Shown here: positions 48,501 through 63,130 of the stretch, piece by piece
Layout of the letters: every line of letters starts with the position of its first letter
Position numbering within the stretch: position 1 is the first letter of the stretch
DNA from: Paraphysomonas bandaiensis
Lineage: Eukaryota; Protista; Chrysophyceae
Reading direction: 5' to 3'
Length of the DNA: 64,000 nt
Assembly (NCBI GenBank): GCA_965644295.1
Contig: CBFFRP010000020.1
Coordinates: forward strand, 1-64,000
Made by a program: the position numbers and the translations under genes
Notes under the pieces: model-generated
What the model was told of the DNA's origin: nothing
What the model saw: only the letters and a program-made list of their open reading frames with translations
Databases searched by the model: none

Positions 48501-51500
48501 GTGTGAACGGGTGATATTATATCAGATGCAGTGTAGCTAGATAATTAAGTTCTTTTTGTTTCTCTCCACTTACTGTTTGTGTTGCTGACTTATTTTTGTT
48601 TTACTAGTTAAATGCATCTTTGGGTCTTGGAGCTGGTGCCTCATCATCGAAGTATACGGAGGAGTACGTATTATCATATATATATGCAGTTGTGACTTCA
48701 CCAGAAAATGAACATTTTACCTTTTGATAGTAGCATTCATTTTTGTAATGATGTCATGTGCTTACTTTATGGAAATCTAGACAATCTGAAATATTTGCTG
48801 CGGCGACGGGCGAGAAACTCTTACGTAGCCAATCACGCACCAATAGGACTCAAGCAACAGTCAATGATTGGACAACGCTTGGCATGTCTCGCACACAGCA
48901 TGAAAGTACAGTAGAAACTACTTGCATACAACATGGGCAGCCAGCACCCATTACTACTGGCCATTTTGAAGTGTAAGTAGCCATGCCATAAATACACTTC
49001 CACTGTTCATTCGTTAATGTGAAGCTGTATGATTTGTCTGTTTTACAAAGTATACTTACGCGTTGTTGTGAATATATTTTTTAGTGGCGTGGAGCAATGG
49101 AGAATATTAGTAATGCTTCATGGGTTTTTGGATGTCAAGTAAGCGCCCTGCAGGTATTATTGACACTCTCGTTACTGTGGATTCAGGTGTGAAAAGAGTC
49201 ATCCGTTACACAATGCCTATGGCTGCGTGTCTTACACCCTGGGTCAACAAGTTCAGAGTTTATCGTTTCGGTACAAAATTATTGCGTTTGTGAGGTGTAC
49301 GAGTTGACGTGCTTTTACTCTTCAAGGAATCATTCCGGTTCTGATGATAGTGCATTGGGTGTCGGTAGGTTTGCCTCCGAAACGTTATGGGTCCGGCAGT
49401 GTCGAATGCATTATTTATTTGCCAGTCCGAAGGTATCTCTTATCGACATCGTGATGTGTTGTAATTGGCTTTCAGGCGGCAGGAGATTTATTTTCTCATA
49501 AACGACTTGAATTTCATTTATTTTTTAGTCCAAAGAACCGCACCTCGAACACGGTGTTTGAACAGTTACAAGTATGTCGACTAGCATTGTTATCACGTAT
49601 TGCGACCTCATCATTGCCATGGTAGTGGGAGGGCACATTTTATGTAGATTTGCATAACTTAAATTGGAAGTCATCGGATCCGCACAGTGGTCGTGAAAAA
49701 GTCGACATATTAGTTCCTGTTGAGACTCAAACGCTTGGAACCATCGTGGCAAAAATGTCGGGTGCGTTTCAAAAATGTGTGGTGTATGAATTAATTTGAT
49801 ATGCTGCAGTGGCAATCGTCATGTCCGAATTGATGCCAACTGACATCAACGAATTGCATTTTCACAAAGAGCAGGTGTGCACCTTCTTTTACATATTACT
49901 ACTTGAAAGCTGTCATATACGGTAGATGTGTTTCTGGCCCCCGCCCACTTATCATGGTACTATGCCACTTCCGGATGCGTGGATTGCTATGATGACTTCA
50001 AGAGATCGAGTAGTTGCTAAAATGCAAGACTTAAATACACAAGCTGCGACGGTATACCCTCCATTTAGATTGATTATATATATTGCTCTCACGACTATTT
50101 AGTCGGAGAAAAATAAGCTCGAAGAAATGATTCTACTGCAGAAGTATGCGTTTTTTATTCGAAAAGTAAGAGTCGTTGGTGCGCAAGTTGCATGTATCTG
50201 AAATATGACTGGGGTCAGGTGTTTGAGGAAGAGCCTTCATTTGGTGATGGAACATTCGATTGCACTTCAATCATCGACTCTGTAATACAGTCTCTGGAAG
50301 ATGAAATGGCCTATGCGGCCGACATGGATCGGGAAAAAATGATGATATTGAGAAAGGTTTGTCTGTTTATTGGTCGTGTCACCAAAGAAATCTCTCATTC
50401 CTACTGTGTTTTCTTCTGTCAGGCTATCGACGCTATGATTTTGGATGGAGCTATGCCACAAAAGTAAACTTTTATGGTCATGTTATCACAACGCTAGTGT
50501 AATATCGGTGTATGTCAGAGTTACATTTGACAACTTCGTCCGGAAAGTGGAGTATTATATATCAGAAATCAAGGCGTAAGTAGTCATATATCTTTTAGAA
50601 AATCGATAAACTGCGAATATGCAGAGGTACCGAGTTTGACGATAATAATGAAGATGTTGATGGGAATGATGATGATGTGGTCTGGGAAGCCTCTCCTGAG
50701 CAAGACAGGCCAGAGGAAACGTAAGCCACTCCATTATATGACTAGTGAAGAATCTTGCTTAGTTGTCGCACATGATTGCGCAATATGTGATTGTAATAAC
50801 ATTTGGTGGTTGTAGACTTGCCACTTCACGGCCAACTCGTCGGTCTATCAGGTATTTATATACAGTTTGTGTTTATTATTTGATAATGCTACTTCATCGA
50901 AACAGATTATCACAACGAATTAATTCTTCTGGAATACCTGTGAAGCATCAGGTACGTTACACATGCAGTCGTGCTGGTTGTGTAATTATTGGTATGTAGC
51001 ACATGAAGCGCGCTCAGGACACCATATTAGAAATGTAGGTGGTTTTGATAGTGCTGTCTGTGGAATGTGCACATGAATATTGTATTGCCACTTTTGATAC
51101 TTTCGTTGCTCCATCATAGAACAAATACATACAAAAACGAAAGGGATTTTGATGCACTTGCAACTGCTGTGCCCTCAACAACTCGTAAATCTAGGTTCGT
51201 AGTATGTAGTGTATATATATTTATTTGGCTTCCGGATAACTCTTTGTGAGCCAGACGCCTCATTGTTGCAATGGCGATATTTGAAGACGTGAGCAGAGAT
51301 AGTGACGTTACGTAAGAATACAATGTGACATGCATGCTCTCTGTATAATCTGTTTTGCGCGCAATTCATACTTATGCTGTCCACCTCCATATGTCGAAGT
51401 TGTCAATGGCTGGTGTGCAATTGATGTATGTGTGTTCAGAGACATTGCTGAACTTAGGCAGTACCTCATCGAAGAAAGGTAGGCTATTCGTGTGGTATTA

Positions 51501-52289
51501 TCACTCCTCACATTTATTGCAGAGAAAAGCTTCGGAGTGTTGTAAACAATGTTCGTGGGAAGCGAATGAAATTTCCAAAAGTGAAGTAAGAGTGTATCGA
51601 ACATATAATATAGTTTTTGACATAATATGCCTGTTTTTTCATTCGATTTTGACTGACACGAATATACTAGTCATTCTTACGAGTCAACCCTGAGCGCTAA
51701 GTTTTCTTTTATTCGGGCTGTCGTCTGTGCGCATTTGTTGTCATCGAGTCCAAAGTTAAGGGAACTATTTCATATATATGACACGAAAGGGGTATCAATC
51801 ATCAGTCAAATCGGTAAGCCAACTTCACGTATTTCTGCATATGATAACCGTATCATTCGCGAGTAGGATATATTGCGACTGTTGAAGCTTGCTTTCGAGA
51901 TATATCTGCGGCTCGTGTTCCAGATGATTTCGATCCGGTGAGCCTTTTATTAATATATGAAATATGATTACAATACGAACTTATCGATTTTTGCTGCGTT
52001 CTTTTTCCAATAGGTTATTCGAGATATGGTGGATTTGGTACGTGAATCAGAGGAGTTCCGATTGTCAGGTGCGCTGAACAGCGTATTAACATGGTTATGC
52101 TAACTGCATACTTTTGGTATTGTAGGAAAGACGTATTCTCCAGCGCTTACCTGGCTGACCTGTACCAAACATGGACCTGGATTATTTTATTTAGCAGATC
52201 TGTGTTGTGTCAATTGCGAACAAGAGGTATTTTTACCATTAGATTTAGAGGCGGATGGCAGTAGTCAAGTAGAAGATTTAAACGTATAG
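45569..52289 (+). CDS. Uncharacterised highly spliced gene (possibly two genes); N-terminal half has ATP-grasp-like motifs
   Basis: Many short GT-AG bounded exons; FILQKFIKSRG..INRLVW and IVCDFIKDDNEKWWFTQVK resemble ATP-grasp strands; the last exon ends ..EDLNV* at 52289. Confidence 0.45.
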
Positions 52290-52417
52290 ATAGAATAGTA
52301 TGGATATTCCCATATGTGTACATGTACATATAAGAACACACAGAGAGAGAGGGGGGGTGAGTCTTCGACTCTGTACCGTGAAATGCTATCACAATAAAAT
52401 AATACTATACATATTAA

Positions 52418-53698
52418 TCCCTAACGATAGACCGACCCTATCAACACCTAACAATAGACCAACCCAACTTAAACACCGAACAATACACCAGATAGACGGA
52501 ACAATAGACCTGACTACCCTATATATAGACATGCCGTGATTTTACTCCCTGTTTACGCACAAAAAATATATATACTTATTAAAATACATGCCTAAAGACC
52601 AAGCTCAAGTGAACAAAATGATCAACAAAGCTTTAAGAGCATCTGTGAACAAAGCTAAACAAGACGTAACAAAGCACGCAGAGAATAAGCGTAAAGAAGT
52701 AGCAAAGAAAATAAACAAAAGAGCTACATCTGTAAAGAAATGAATTAAGAAAAAGCTTTAATTATCATAGACTTAAAAAACTCCTCATATGAGAAGAAAA
52801 AGTCCTCATATCATGCACTATGGCATTTTCGTCACGAACTTCCGTGCATTTTGGTTAGCTGTCAGGCGGACCAAACGGCCACTTTTTCGCAAGGTGTACC
52901 TGCCGCCCTGAGGTCCTTCCACAATGGGGTAATTTTGGCCCTGTATCTACATAAAAATTAATTATTATATAAGTATATATGCATGTATATATATAATACC
53001 TTCGTACTGAATCTGGTGTATTCGTAGTGTTCATCCAGCTCGCCATCAATCATTCCCGTCACTGACGAAAGTTGAGAATCATCGGTGACGGTTGATATGT
53101 CAACATTATTCATAACACCCTCTTTTTCCTCATTACTAACCACCTCATATGAATCCCTCCAGTAATCCATTTCCTCCTGCACCATGTTTGCGTAATTGCT
53201 GCACTTGACGCAACACATCGCGAAGGAGTGTTTCATCGGAGCTTTTACAGTTGGAGTCTTCATAATCAGAGTCCTTACTGTCATCGGACTTGACAGTAAG
53301 GTTGAGTACTGCAGTATGAAACACTCCTTCGCGACGTGCTACGTGAAGTGCAGCAATTACGCAAACATGGTACAGGAGGAAATGGAATTCTGGAGGGATT
53401 CGTATGAGGTGGTTAGTAATGAGGAAAAAGTATATATATATGGTATCAACATTAATCACAGCATGTCTATATATAGGGGGGTAGTCAGGTCGATTGTTTT
53501 GTCTCTTTGGTGTAGTTGTTTGGTGTTTAAGTTGGGTTGGTCTCTCGTGTATTGGCAGGCAGCATGTTATTTTTCGGAAATATATTGAAGCAAAATTTAT
53601 ATATATAACTAACATATAACTACGGCTGGAATACAGATAATTGTTGTCTCAATATTAGAGGCATCTTGGAACAAAAATATACGAACGATCGTTAGGGG
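52418..53698. mobile_element. piggyBac-like non-autonomous element with nested inverted repeats
   Basis: TTAA at 52414-52417 and 53699-53702; ends tCCCTAACGATaG / CgATCGTTAGGGg; subterminal IR ~52455-52542 vs ~53454-53542; internal IR ~53124-53235 vs ~53316-53428. Confidence 0.78.
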
Positions 53699-54041
53699 TT
53701 AATCGTATATGTCTCCAACAGTACGTATTATCAGCTGTAGTCCAGCATCATACCTCCTCATCTACTCATTCAAATTCTACTTCCATCCAACCATCTAATT
53801 TCAGTTTGTCGTTTGAAGATACGATATCATAAACAAAGTTTGCTTTTTTTTTTCAGAGGTGGATATACTCTACTATACTATCATGTATATAGAGAGAGAG
53901 TAGAGGGAGGGTGAGAGCTTTGATTATGTCAATCTGCCTGCATATCCATCACAATCCATGTACGACTAATTAAACTTTGCAGTTTTCATAGATCTGCGAA
54001 AAGAAATTATTGGGTACATTATTAGAAAGTTTACGTGAATT

Positions 54042-57000
54042 ATGTCACAACGTCTTTTGATCGTTGATGTCGTGGCTGCACGTAATTTAATTGCATGTGA
54101 AAGATCAGGTACAAGTGATCCATATGTATCAGCTAATCTACTTGATATTGCCAATCGTGATATTAAACATGAGAAATTTAAAACAAGTTCAAAATCTAAG
54201 ACACTCAATCCTAAATGGGGTGAAAGACTTACGTTTGGTTAGTTTATTTTATTATGTATGTATATTATAAAGTAGTCATATATATTTGTTTAATAGGACA
54301 AAATTATGATCTCAATAATACTGCTGCTTTACCAACTTTATCTTTGAAAGTTTTTCATAAATCATCTAGTCTTGTTGGTGCTGATGCTCCCATGGGACAA
54401 GTCGAAATTCCCTTGTCTAGTATTCCTCCAGATGGTGCAGCGACCACGCAGTGGCATGAGTTGCAAGTTATGGGTCGTATGCGAGATGTTGCTGGAGAGA
54501 TTCAGGTGACTATTAAATTCAGTGGACCTCCTCCAGGTGCACCAGGGGCGACACAAGTAGCTGGCTCTGCTAGTGTGGAAAACCCCCTTGATGAAACGAA
54601 CCCGGACTACGAAGATGCGGTATGTAGTTTACACCAGCTGTTAGTAGGGACAGTGATTTAATTTTTCTATATGTGATAGTTGATTTTGTGTGTGGTACAT
54701 GTCAAATTAATTTTTGTCTACAGGAACCAAACGAGTTGGTGATCATATGCATACAAGGGCGAGAACTTCCTATTATGGACATGGCAATGTTCGGAAAGTA
54801 CGTATTATTTTGACAGCATTGACAATGCTTGACTTATCAAATTCAGAGGGTCATCTGACCCCCTTATAAAAGCAAAAATCAAGGGGTTTAAAACGCAGCA
54901 AACTAAACACATCAAGAAGACCCTTGAGCCAGTGTGGTAAGTGCGCAGCTACGCTACATAATGTTGGACACTCGCGTGAGCGATGTCCTCTTCCGACTTA
55001 AATTAATTGCATGTAGCTATAATTTTGAACTCTATTTCACATGTTGACGTTGATATAGGAACGAGACACTTGTATTCCAAGGTGTACGTGACCCGTCTCT
55101 GTCACTTGAGATTCTGGTCGAGGACCATGACACCCTCTCTAATGACTTCATGGTTTGTGGATACTTTAGTAGACCTCTTCCAGGTTAATTCTTGTCCCTA
55201 GGGTAAAGTTATTATCCCATTATTTCAATTCGAAGACAAGAAACCCCTCAAGAAGTGGTATAAACTGCTGGATTCTCATGGCAATGCTGATGGCGTGAAC
55301 CGTGGGGAAGTGGAGCTAAATATTGTGTGGAGGTTTAATCCGGATGTTGTGGAGGCGGCGAAGCCCGGGGGCTTGTTAGGGGCACTGGGGAAAATTGGAA
55401 AAGATTCGGACTCCGAGATAGATGACGATGGAGACGTGAGTACTTTGTGTTAAAGAACTAGCTGATACGGAAGATTCTCACTAGTATATTCTCAGGAACC
55501 TGTGGAAGAGCCAGTTGTGTTGGATCCTGAGGAGGCGGAAAGGCAACAGAAAGAAAAGGAGGAGGTATGGCTCAGAATTGCGTTGTCATGATGAAATTTC
55601 TAAGCATACGGGCGACTATTTGATAGGCTGAGGCTGCACTTAAGAAAGAGCTTGGTGATATCGAGGTGAAGAGCGGGGACTATCAGGTTAGATGAGTTGT
55701 ACATTGCTGTAGTTTATGTTCGCCGAAGCGTGCTAAGAAAATTTGTTCATGAATATGTTGTAGGTGCAAGTACACATCATCGAGGCCAGAGAGCTCAAGG
55801 GTAAAGATCTAAATGGTCTCTCTGATCCGGTGGTTAATATTGAGTGCTTCGACCAAAAGCAAAACGGCACTGTGGTCAAGGAGGCTCTCAGCTGTGTTTT
55901 TGACGAGTTGTTCATATTCAATTTCAGAAATATGGATAAGGATGTGTTCTCCGAGGGTGTAATTCGCGTTAAGGTGGGGCTATTGTACTGCTTCAAAGCT
56001 GATATTTTCGGGATAGTAATATTCTTTTCGTTTCTAGGTTATGAATGCCAATGTTGTAACGAAGAACGATTTAATCGGGGCTTATGCTTTCGATGCCACA
56101 CAAGTATACTTCCAAAAAGACCATGAACACTATCGTAAATGGGTAGCACTGATGAATGACGACGACCCACAAGATACAGGGGTACAGGGTAAGTCGACAC
56201 TGTACAGCTATATCGTTTTTTGCACTACATTGCATTTTCTAGTCTTGAGTCGATGACATTGTAATGATCGTGCATTATTTTGAAGGTTACTTAAAGTTGT
56301 CAATACAAATCGTCGGCCCGGGAGACAAGCTCAAGGTTCACGATGAAGAAGAAGAGGCCCGTAAAGAGCGTGAGGCCATGGCGAAGAATGGTGCAGATAT
56401 TGGTGCTATGGTGATTATGCCTCCCACTATTAAGAAGGAATGGAAATATGTTGTGACTTCTATTTATCGCGCCGAGTACTTGCCAGTAATGGACCAACAA
56501 CCTCCAGGACTCGGTATGGTGGTCCAGAATGGCACTGATGCCTTCTGTCAGGTAGAATTTGCTGGTGGGAAGCCACAAAAAACGAAAGTCCGCACAGTGA
56601 AGGGCGAACGCAATGCTATGAACCCTATGTTCAATTACGAAATTTGGTATCCTGTTAGCACACCTACGGCTACCCAAACTATCAAGTTTTCGGTATGGGA
56701 CCATGACGTCACCGGATCCGATTTGATCGCCACTGTATACTCAAAGTTCAATATGATTCAGAAGCTTGGTGGCGATACTGGTGTGCATTGGGAGAACCTT
56801 TATGGAGCGCCAGTGTCCGCTGGATATAGTCTCAAAAACACCCTAAAGGGTGGGATAACGAAGCTGAAAAATGTTGGAGAGCAGGACTACACGGAAGTGT
56901 ACAACACTTACCCAGACAGAGCGCCTTCATTCAAAGGTCGGATATTGATATCACAGCGTATTGAAACCCAGAGACCAAAGAAGTACGACACTGATGAGAT

Positions 57001-60000
57001 CGAGCCTTTCCGGCGATCAATCAAACGTATACCGCAGAAAGCAGAGCCCCCCACCAAGCTCTATGTTCTCAAAGCTTTGGTGGTGTCCGGAACCGAGCTG
57101 CCACAGTTCGTTGATGCCAAGAATCCTCTGAAGAAAAAGAAGCTGCAAATTCAAGTATCAATTGGACGATATGAGATGTTTACACAACGGGCGGAATGCA
57201 ATAAGGGAGTTTCAGAATGGAATGAGCTCCTTCAACAGGAGATGGAATACCCTGTTGATACTAGTCAGGTATGTATACAATGACTGTGCCCACTCATGTA
57301 CTGCCCTCATGTTAGTGTACTGATTTTGAGTTGATTTATGTGTGTGGAGTATGTAACTTACATTTGTATATTAGATTCCGGACATATGTGTATATATTTG
57401 TACTGGTTCTGGGTCAGATCTTCAACCAGTGTGCTTCTATCGTATGAAAGCCAAAGACTTACTGAAGGGTCACTTCCGTGAACCTCCCAAGTGGATTTTC
57501 ATGAAGGAAGATAAATCGATCGATGCGTTAGATGATGGTGAGTTTCCAGGCAGTGTCCTGATTCGACTTGGGTTTGGTCCCGTTGAGGATGCTGAAGCCA
57601 CGAAGCTTGAATGGGAGCAGTCTGTGCAACGTATGCGTCGTCGTAGTCCCTACCAAGTGCGGTGTCACATATACCAGGGTAAAGACCTCCCTGCAGCAGA
57701 CTCGAATGGTTTACTTGACCCCTTTCTGAAGGTCAACCTCCTTGGACAGATCCAAGAGTCCGATAAGAAGAAGAAAACTAGATATCCATTATATTACCAA
57801 ACCTTGTGTTTTGATTGTGACTTGCCAGAGAGAGAGTTCTTGCCTCAAGTTAATATTCGTCTGTTCGACACTGACCTTCTGAAGAACGAGTATATGGGTC
57901 AGTGCTTCTTCAATTTACAGGACGCATTTGTTCTGGACAACCTTGAGGATGAATTGCCCGATCCTAAGTACCATTCACTGTTTGTTGAGGAACCTGGAGA
58001 TGGACAAGGCGAATTGCTTATCAATTTCCAGCTTATACCTAAAACGAGGCCAGACATGGTGTTTCCGAAACCTGAGTCCATTCAACCGTCCTTGAGGCCA
58101 GCGTTCATCGAAGTTATTGCTCTGGGCATCCGCAATATGAAACCGTATAAATTCCAATCTATGGTGTCGCCATTCTTGGAGATGGAGATGGAGTGCATCG
58201 ACAAGAAGGTCACAATTGTGACTGAAGATTCGAAGAAACCTTCACCAGATGATCCTAATTTTCTGCAAAGACTAGTGATGCCGGTGATGCTTCCAGACAA
58301 TGCTCTATTTGCGACCCCCATGGCACTGCGCGCTCGTGATATGCGTCTAGGAGGGTACATGAAACCTGAAGTTGGTGTTGGTGAAGTGGATTTAATCGAT
58401 AAAATTCCTTGGTCCAAGACTTATAAACCTCCTCAGACAGATATATTTTTCCAGGATTCCATGAACATGGCAGCTGGCTTTGTGACAGCTGATGGTGCTG
58501 AAGAAACGAAGGAACCACCTTTGGATGAGGCTGCTCGGAAAGCTATTGAACTTCAGGAGAAGCGCACCGCTCAGGTGGAAGATGACGATTATGTATTGAC
58601 TCAGGAACCACTCGACCTTGACAAATTCATCAAACAGCGCATCAATGAGGATGACTTCGGTGCTGGTGTTTTTGGGGCATTGACTCATCTTGAACTTCCA
58701 GAGTATGGAGGAAAGCGGAAGAAAACCGCCGACGACTTCTTCACTGAGATAGACTGGGAAGAGGAGGTCGATGAGCCACCAAAATATATGGTTAACAGAC
58801 CCGTGTTGAAGTCTGAATTGGAAGAGGAACTTAAGACAACTCCTTTCGAGTCGTACTTTCTAACAAGAGGACAGACCAATCATCCTATACTTGGCAATAC
58901 CCTCAAAATAGTTGGAAAATTCAAAGGTCTGATACGCGTCATGCTCAATGAAGATGAGCCACCACTGCTCAATTTGGAACAGTTGTTGAAGCCCCAAGGC
59001 TACAAAATTCGACTTTATGTACTTCGTGGCACAAACTTGACTCCCATGGATATCGGGTTTGGTGGTCGGCCTGGGAAATCGGATCCCTACTTGAAGGTTA
59101 AATTAGGGAAAGAAAAGTTCGATGATCGTGAGAATGCTATAGATGATGTGACCGACGTGGATTTCTATAAGCTTGTTGAGTTCAACGCTGAACTTCCCGG
59201 GTTTTCCCAGCTTGTCATTAGCGTGATGGACAAAGATGATATTGGGTCAGACGATGTCATTGGTACAACAATTATTGATTTGGAAGATCGATGGTTTGAT
59301 AATCGGTGGCAAGAATTCGGAAGAGAGAACAGGGTGGTTCCCACTGATGACCCGAACAATATCCGGTGGGACACTAAGCATCTGGAAAGACGCACACTAT
59401 ATGTCCCTTCGAGTAATAACGGGCAGGGTATAGTAGAATGTTGGGTGGATATCATGACACCTGCGGAAGCAGGGGCCTTTCCTCCAGATGATGTGGCTCT
59501 TCCTCCACGTAAGATGTTTGAGCTTCGAGTAGTTATATGGAAAACTAAGGATGTACCTGCTCAAGACACTCTAGGAGGTCAAAATATGACGGATTTATAT
59601 ATCAAGGCTTGGCCTGAGGGTTGCAAGGAACAGAGTACCGATACCCACTGGCGATCGAAGAAAGGAAAAGCGTCATTCAATTGGAGAATGATTTTTGACG
59701 TGGAGTTAGGTCACAATACCCGTGCGATGAAGTTTCCTCATTTTCACTTCCAAATGTGGGACCGAGATATTATTAAATGGAACGACTGCTTTGCTGAGGG
59801 AGCAATCGACATGGGCTTCTACTACCGAAAAGCCTTTAAAAAGGATATTGCTATAAAGTTGTACGAAACTCCTAAGGGTGCTGCTGCCAAGCGAACAAAA
59901 AAACAAAACAAAGAATCGAAGATGGTAGAAGTGGGTGATACAACTGAGGATATCCCTCCGCCGGAAGAGCCGGCCGAGACCCCCGAAACTGAGGAAGAAG

Positions 60001-60947
60001 CTGGATTGTTAGACAGTGCTCTGGAGGATAAAGATAGTGATGACGAAGACAGTGACGCGGGGATTGGAGTCCTTGGCGGAATGAAGAACGAAGAGAAAAA
60101 GGTGAGTTTATAAACAACCTATATACTGCTATCGCATGCACGTTTTTGACCACTACTCCGCAGCGCCTTGCTGAGGAAACTGAGAAAAAGGTCAAGCAGC
60201 GCGACAACGAACAACCTGAAGAGAAGCCATCTGTAAGTTTCAAAGAGCGTGTGTTCGGAATATTCAAGCGTAAAAACGAAGAGGATGAAGAAGAGGAAGA
60301 AGAGGAGGCTGCAGATGAGGAGACTCCCCCTCCTCCAAAAGACCCGGATCAGGAAGAGCAGGATAACCTCATCAATAGCGTTAAGCAAATGACAGGGCTT
60401 TGGGACATTGATCCTGACGATTCGACGTGGATGTACATGGATCACTTAGACCATGAGACTGGTATTCGTGAGCCTATGGGGAAAATCTGCTACAGGTGAA
60501 CTGCTTGTTGTCGTATAGTATTTACGAATCTTGTGTACTATAATCTACGTGTATGTATCCGGCTTAACGTTTTCTACAGTATGCAATTGTGGCCGAAAGA
60601 CAAAGCGGCTGTTATGAAAGTGGGAACAGCAAGAACGGACCCAAATCAGGACCCGTACTGCCCCCCTCCCACAGGAAGACTTCAATTCTCATGGTATTAG
60701 TTGCAAACTCTGTTGTAATCGACATGGCTATAGTGTTATATTTGTCATAAATATTGTTGTGTTTTTATGTCGACATTGTTCGAGTTCTAATGCTGCCTTT
60801 AGGAACCCGTTTTATATGTGTATGCAAGTATGCGGACCCTCTCTTTGCATCAAAATCCTGTGCTGCTTCCTTTGTCTCGGGATACTGGCTCTTATGATCT
60901 TCTGCCAGCCAGCGCTTAACATTCTCATTGCCATCTTCTTGTACTAG
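54042..60947 (+). CDS. Ferlin-family multi-C2 tail-anchored membrane protein
   Basis: Multiple C2 domains (GTSDPYV, GSSDPLI, GLSDPVV, GLLDPFL, GKSDPYL); ferlin signatures IDLEDRWF, LERRTL, ELRVVIW, QSTDTHWRS..GKASFNWR; C-terminal hydrophobic anchor. Confidence 0.92.
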
Positions 60948-62399
60948 TTCTTAACCATAAGACATCAACTTATTAAGTGAGGATTCCAGATTGTGGTAGG
61001 TTAATGATCATCACTTCCCAGGCCATTATAAGTTTGTTCTCATGATATATGATAAGAGAACATGTCGTTTACTGACCCTATCCTGAGCGATACAATCACG
61101 GATATACGAAGTCGAAGTAATAAGTGTTCTCTTGTATGCGAATTAATAATAAACTTAGTATTCTTCGAATAAATGGTATTTGTCATTGTAGCACCTGCTG
61201 TTGGAGTGCATGCTGTGGAACAACTACTGAGAGTTTGATAAAAATTCAGCGCACGCAAATACGCAGTAGAAAAGTGCTTTAAATGTTAAATATCACTTCT
61301 ATAAAAGATATTTTCGAAAAATGTTTTTATAATTGAAATAAGATTTAAGGTTTGTCTTGATATTTAGTAAGAATATACTTGATATTATTAGAGATAAAGA
61401 TTGAACGGTAAGGCCTAATAGTATAATAGCAAGACACGTTTGAGAAGAGCGTTAGCACCACACATGTGCGTATCTTGTACAGTCGCGTATCATGTATAGT
61501 TTGGTAATTATTCAGTCTACTTGGTATTTCATTGTATACGTGTGTTGTATTCACGCGTTAAGAGATATACGTGAATCAATAACTCCTAATAAATTGTGAT
61601 GTGATTTGGCGAAAGAGTTTGTATTATAGGATATGAACAAAACTACCCATATTTAAGCACTCATAGCCGTGAATATTTGTTTTTCAACATTGAAAATAGT
61701 AACGAATACTAATATTGCTGATGACTAAAGTCATTGTATGCTCTTAAAAATATGCCTTTTTTATTGATTTGCAAATCCAAAATTCAAAATTTAAAATTTA
61801 AGATGAAACCAGAAGTCTATAAATCCCATTGGTTATTGGCTTGGTTATAGGTTACTATGTTATATGTTATTATTATATTAATGTAATACATTTTGATCAA
61901 TGAAATGAGCAACAACCTGGTACCGGAAGAAGTTGCACTCGAGATTTGATATTTTCGGAAGTGTCCTGTGCTTCGAGACGAAAGAAGGGTTTCGGGTTAA
62001 GCAACCTCACATATACATGAGTTATGAGTTCTGTACTTCCTAAACTCTACACTGCATTATACATTCACTGCTTAGTAAGTTACCCATGTTTAATATAGAT
62101 GTTAGTTAACTAAGTAATGTTTGTGTGTAGTAGTGATGTAGTTATTATATACTTATATACTATATTGTATAGCAATATATTCTGGGCCTTAACAATAACC
62201 AATGTCGTGAGATTTTACTTGCCAATCAATATATTTGCAATTCAGTAATATATTGTTCCCTCAAGGTTTATCTCACTCGATTCAAGGTAGATACAAATCA
62301 AATTTAATAAATTATCAGCTTTTATTTTACATTAACAAAAAAAACATATGAAATAGAGTGACTGCATACGATATGTATATAACTGCAATCACATTACTT

Positions 62400-63130
62400 C
62401 TACTCACTATCATGCTTCTTGAGATTGCGGAGGAGCATTACCCAAGCATCTTCCCCATCCAAATAATATCCAAATAACCTCTCATGACATACATATCCAT
62501 GTACTTTAATATAATGTGATATAGCGGCTACATTAGATACACGACAATATAAATTTACACAATCTATTTGTGGATATTGACGAAATTTTGCGTGTAAACA
62601 ATTCATAAGTGATTTTGCAATACCAGCACGACGATAAGATGCATCTGTTGCAATACTAGATACATGTGCAATGGCAGTTGAACCATATGATGTTGCCCAT
62701 AATAACCCTAAAATACACTGTATATTAATAGATTTTCATACTGTATACTTGAGATATCTACCATTAGTCGTATTAATATCCCAGTTAATTATACGTCCAA
62801 ATGCATATGCTATCAGATGGATGTTAATATACGTACTATAAGCATAGTATTATAAATACCTATGATTTTTTTATCAGAATTTTCTGCAACAAGACTTAAA
62901 GTTGGCCATATATGAATTTGATGATAATAAAAATCAACTTTATAATTTTCTGGGAGATTTCTTTGATTACAATGTTGAATATGAATAATATCTTGAAGGG
63001 TTGCTTGTCGTATAGTATACTGAAATGTATTGGTTGTAATATATTTTAGTTGTGTTAGTGTATGATATGGTGTGTATATATGGAATGATTTGATGTACAT
63101 TGGACTGATAGTGTTAGTTATGGAGATCAA
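62400..63130 (-). CDS. ARD1/NAA10-like GNAT N-acetyltransferase (at least 2 exons; 5' end uncertain)
   Basis: IRQATLQD..IQHCNQRNLPENY..FYYHQIHIWP.LS.VA, HVSSIA..YRRAGIA, LYCRVSN.AA, YYLDGEDA. Confidence 0.85.
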
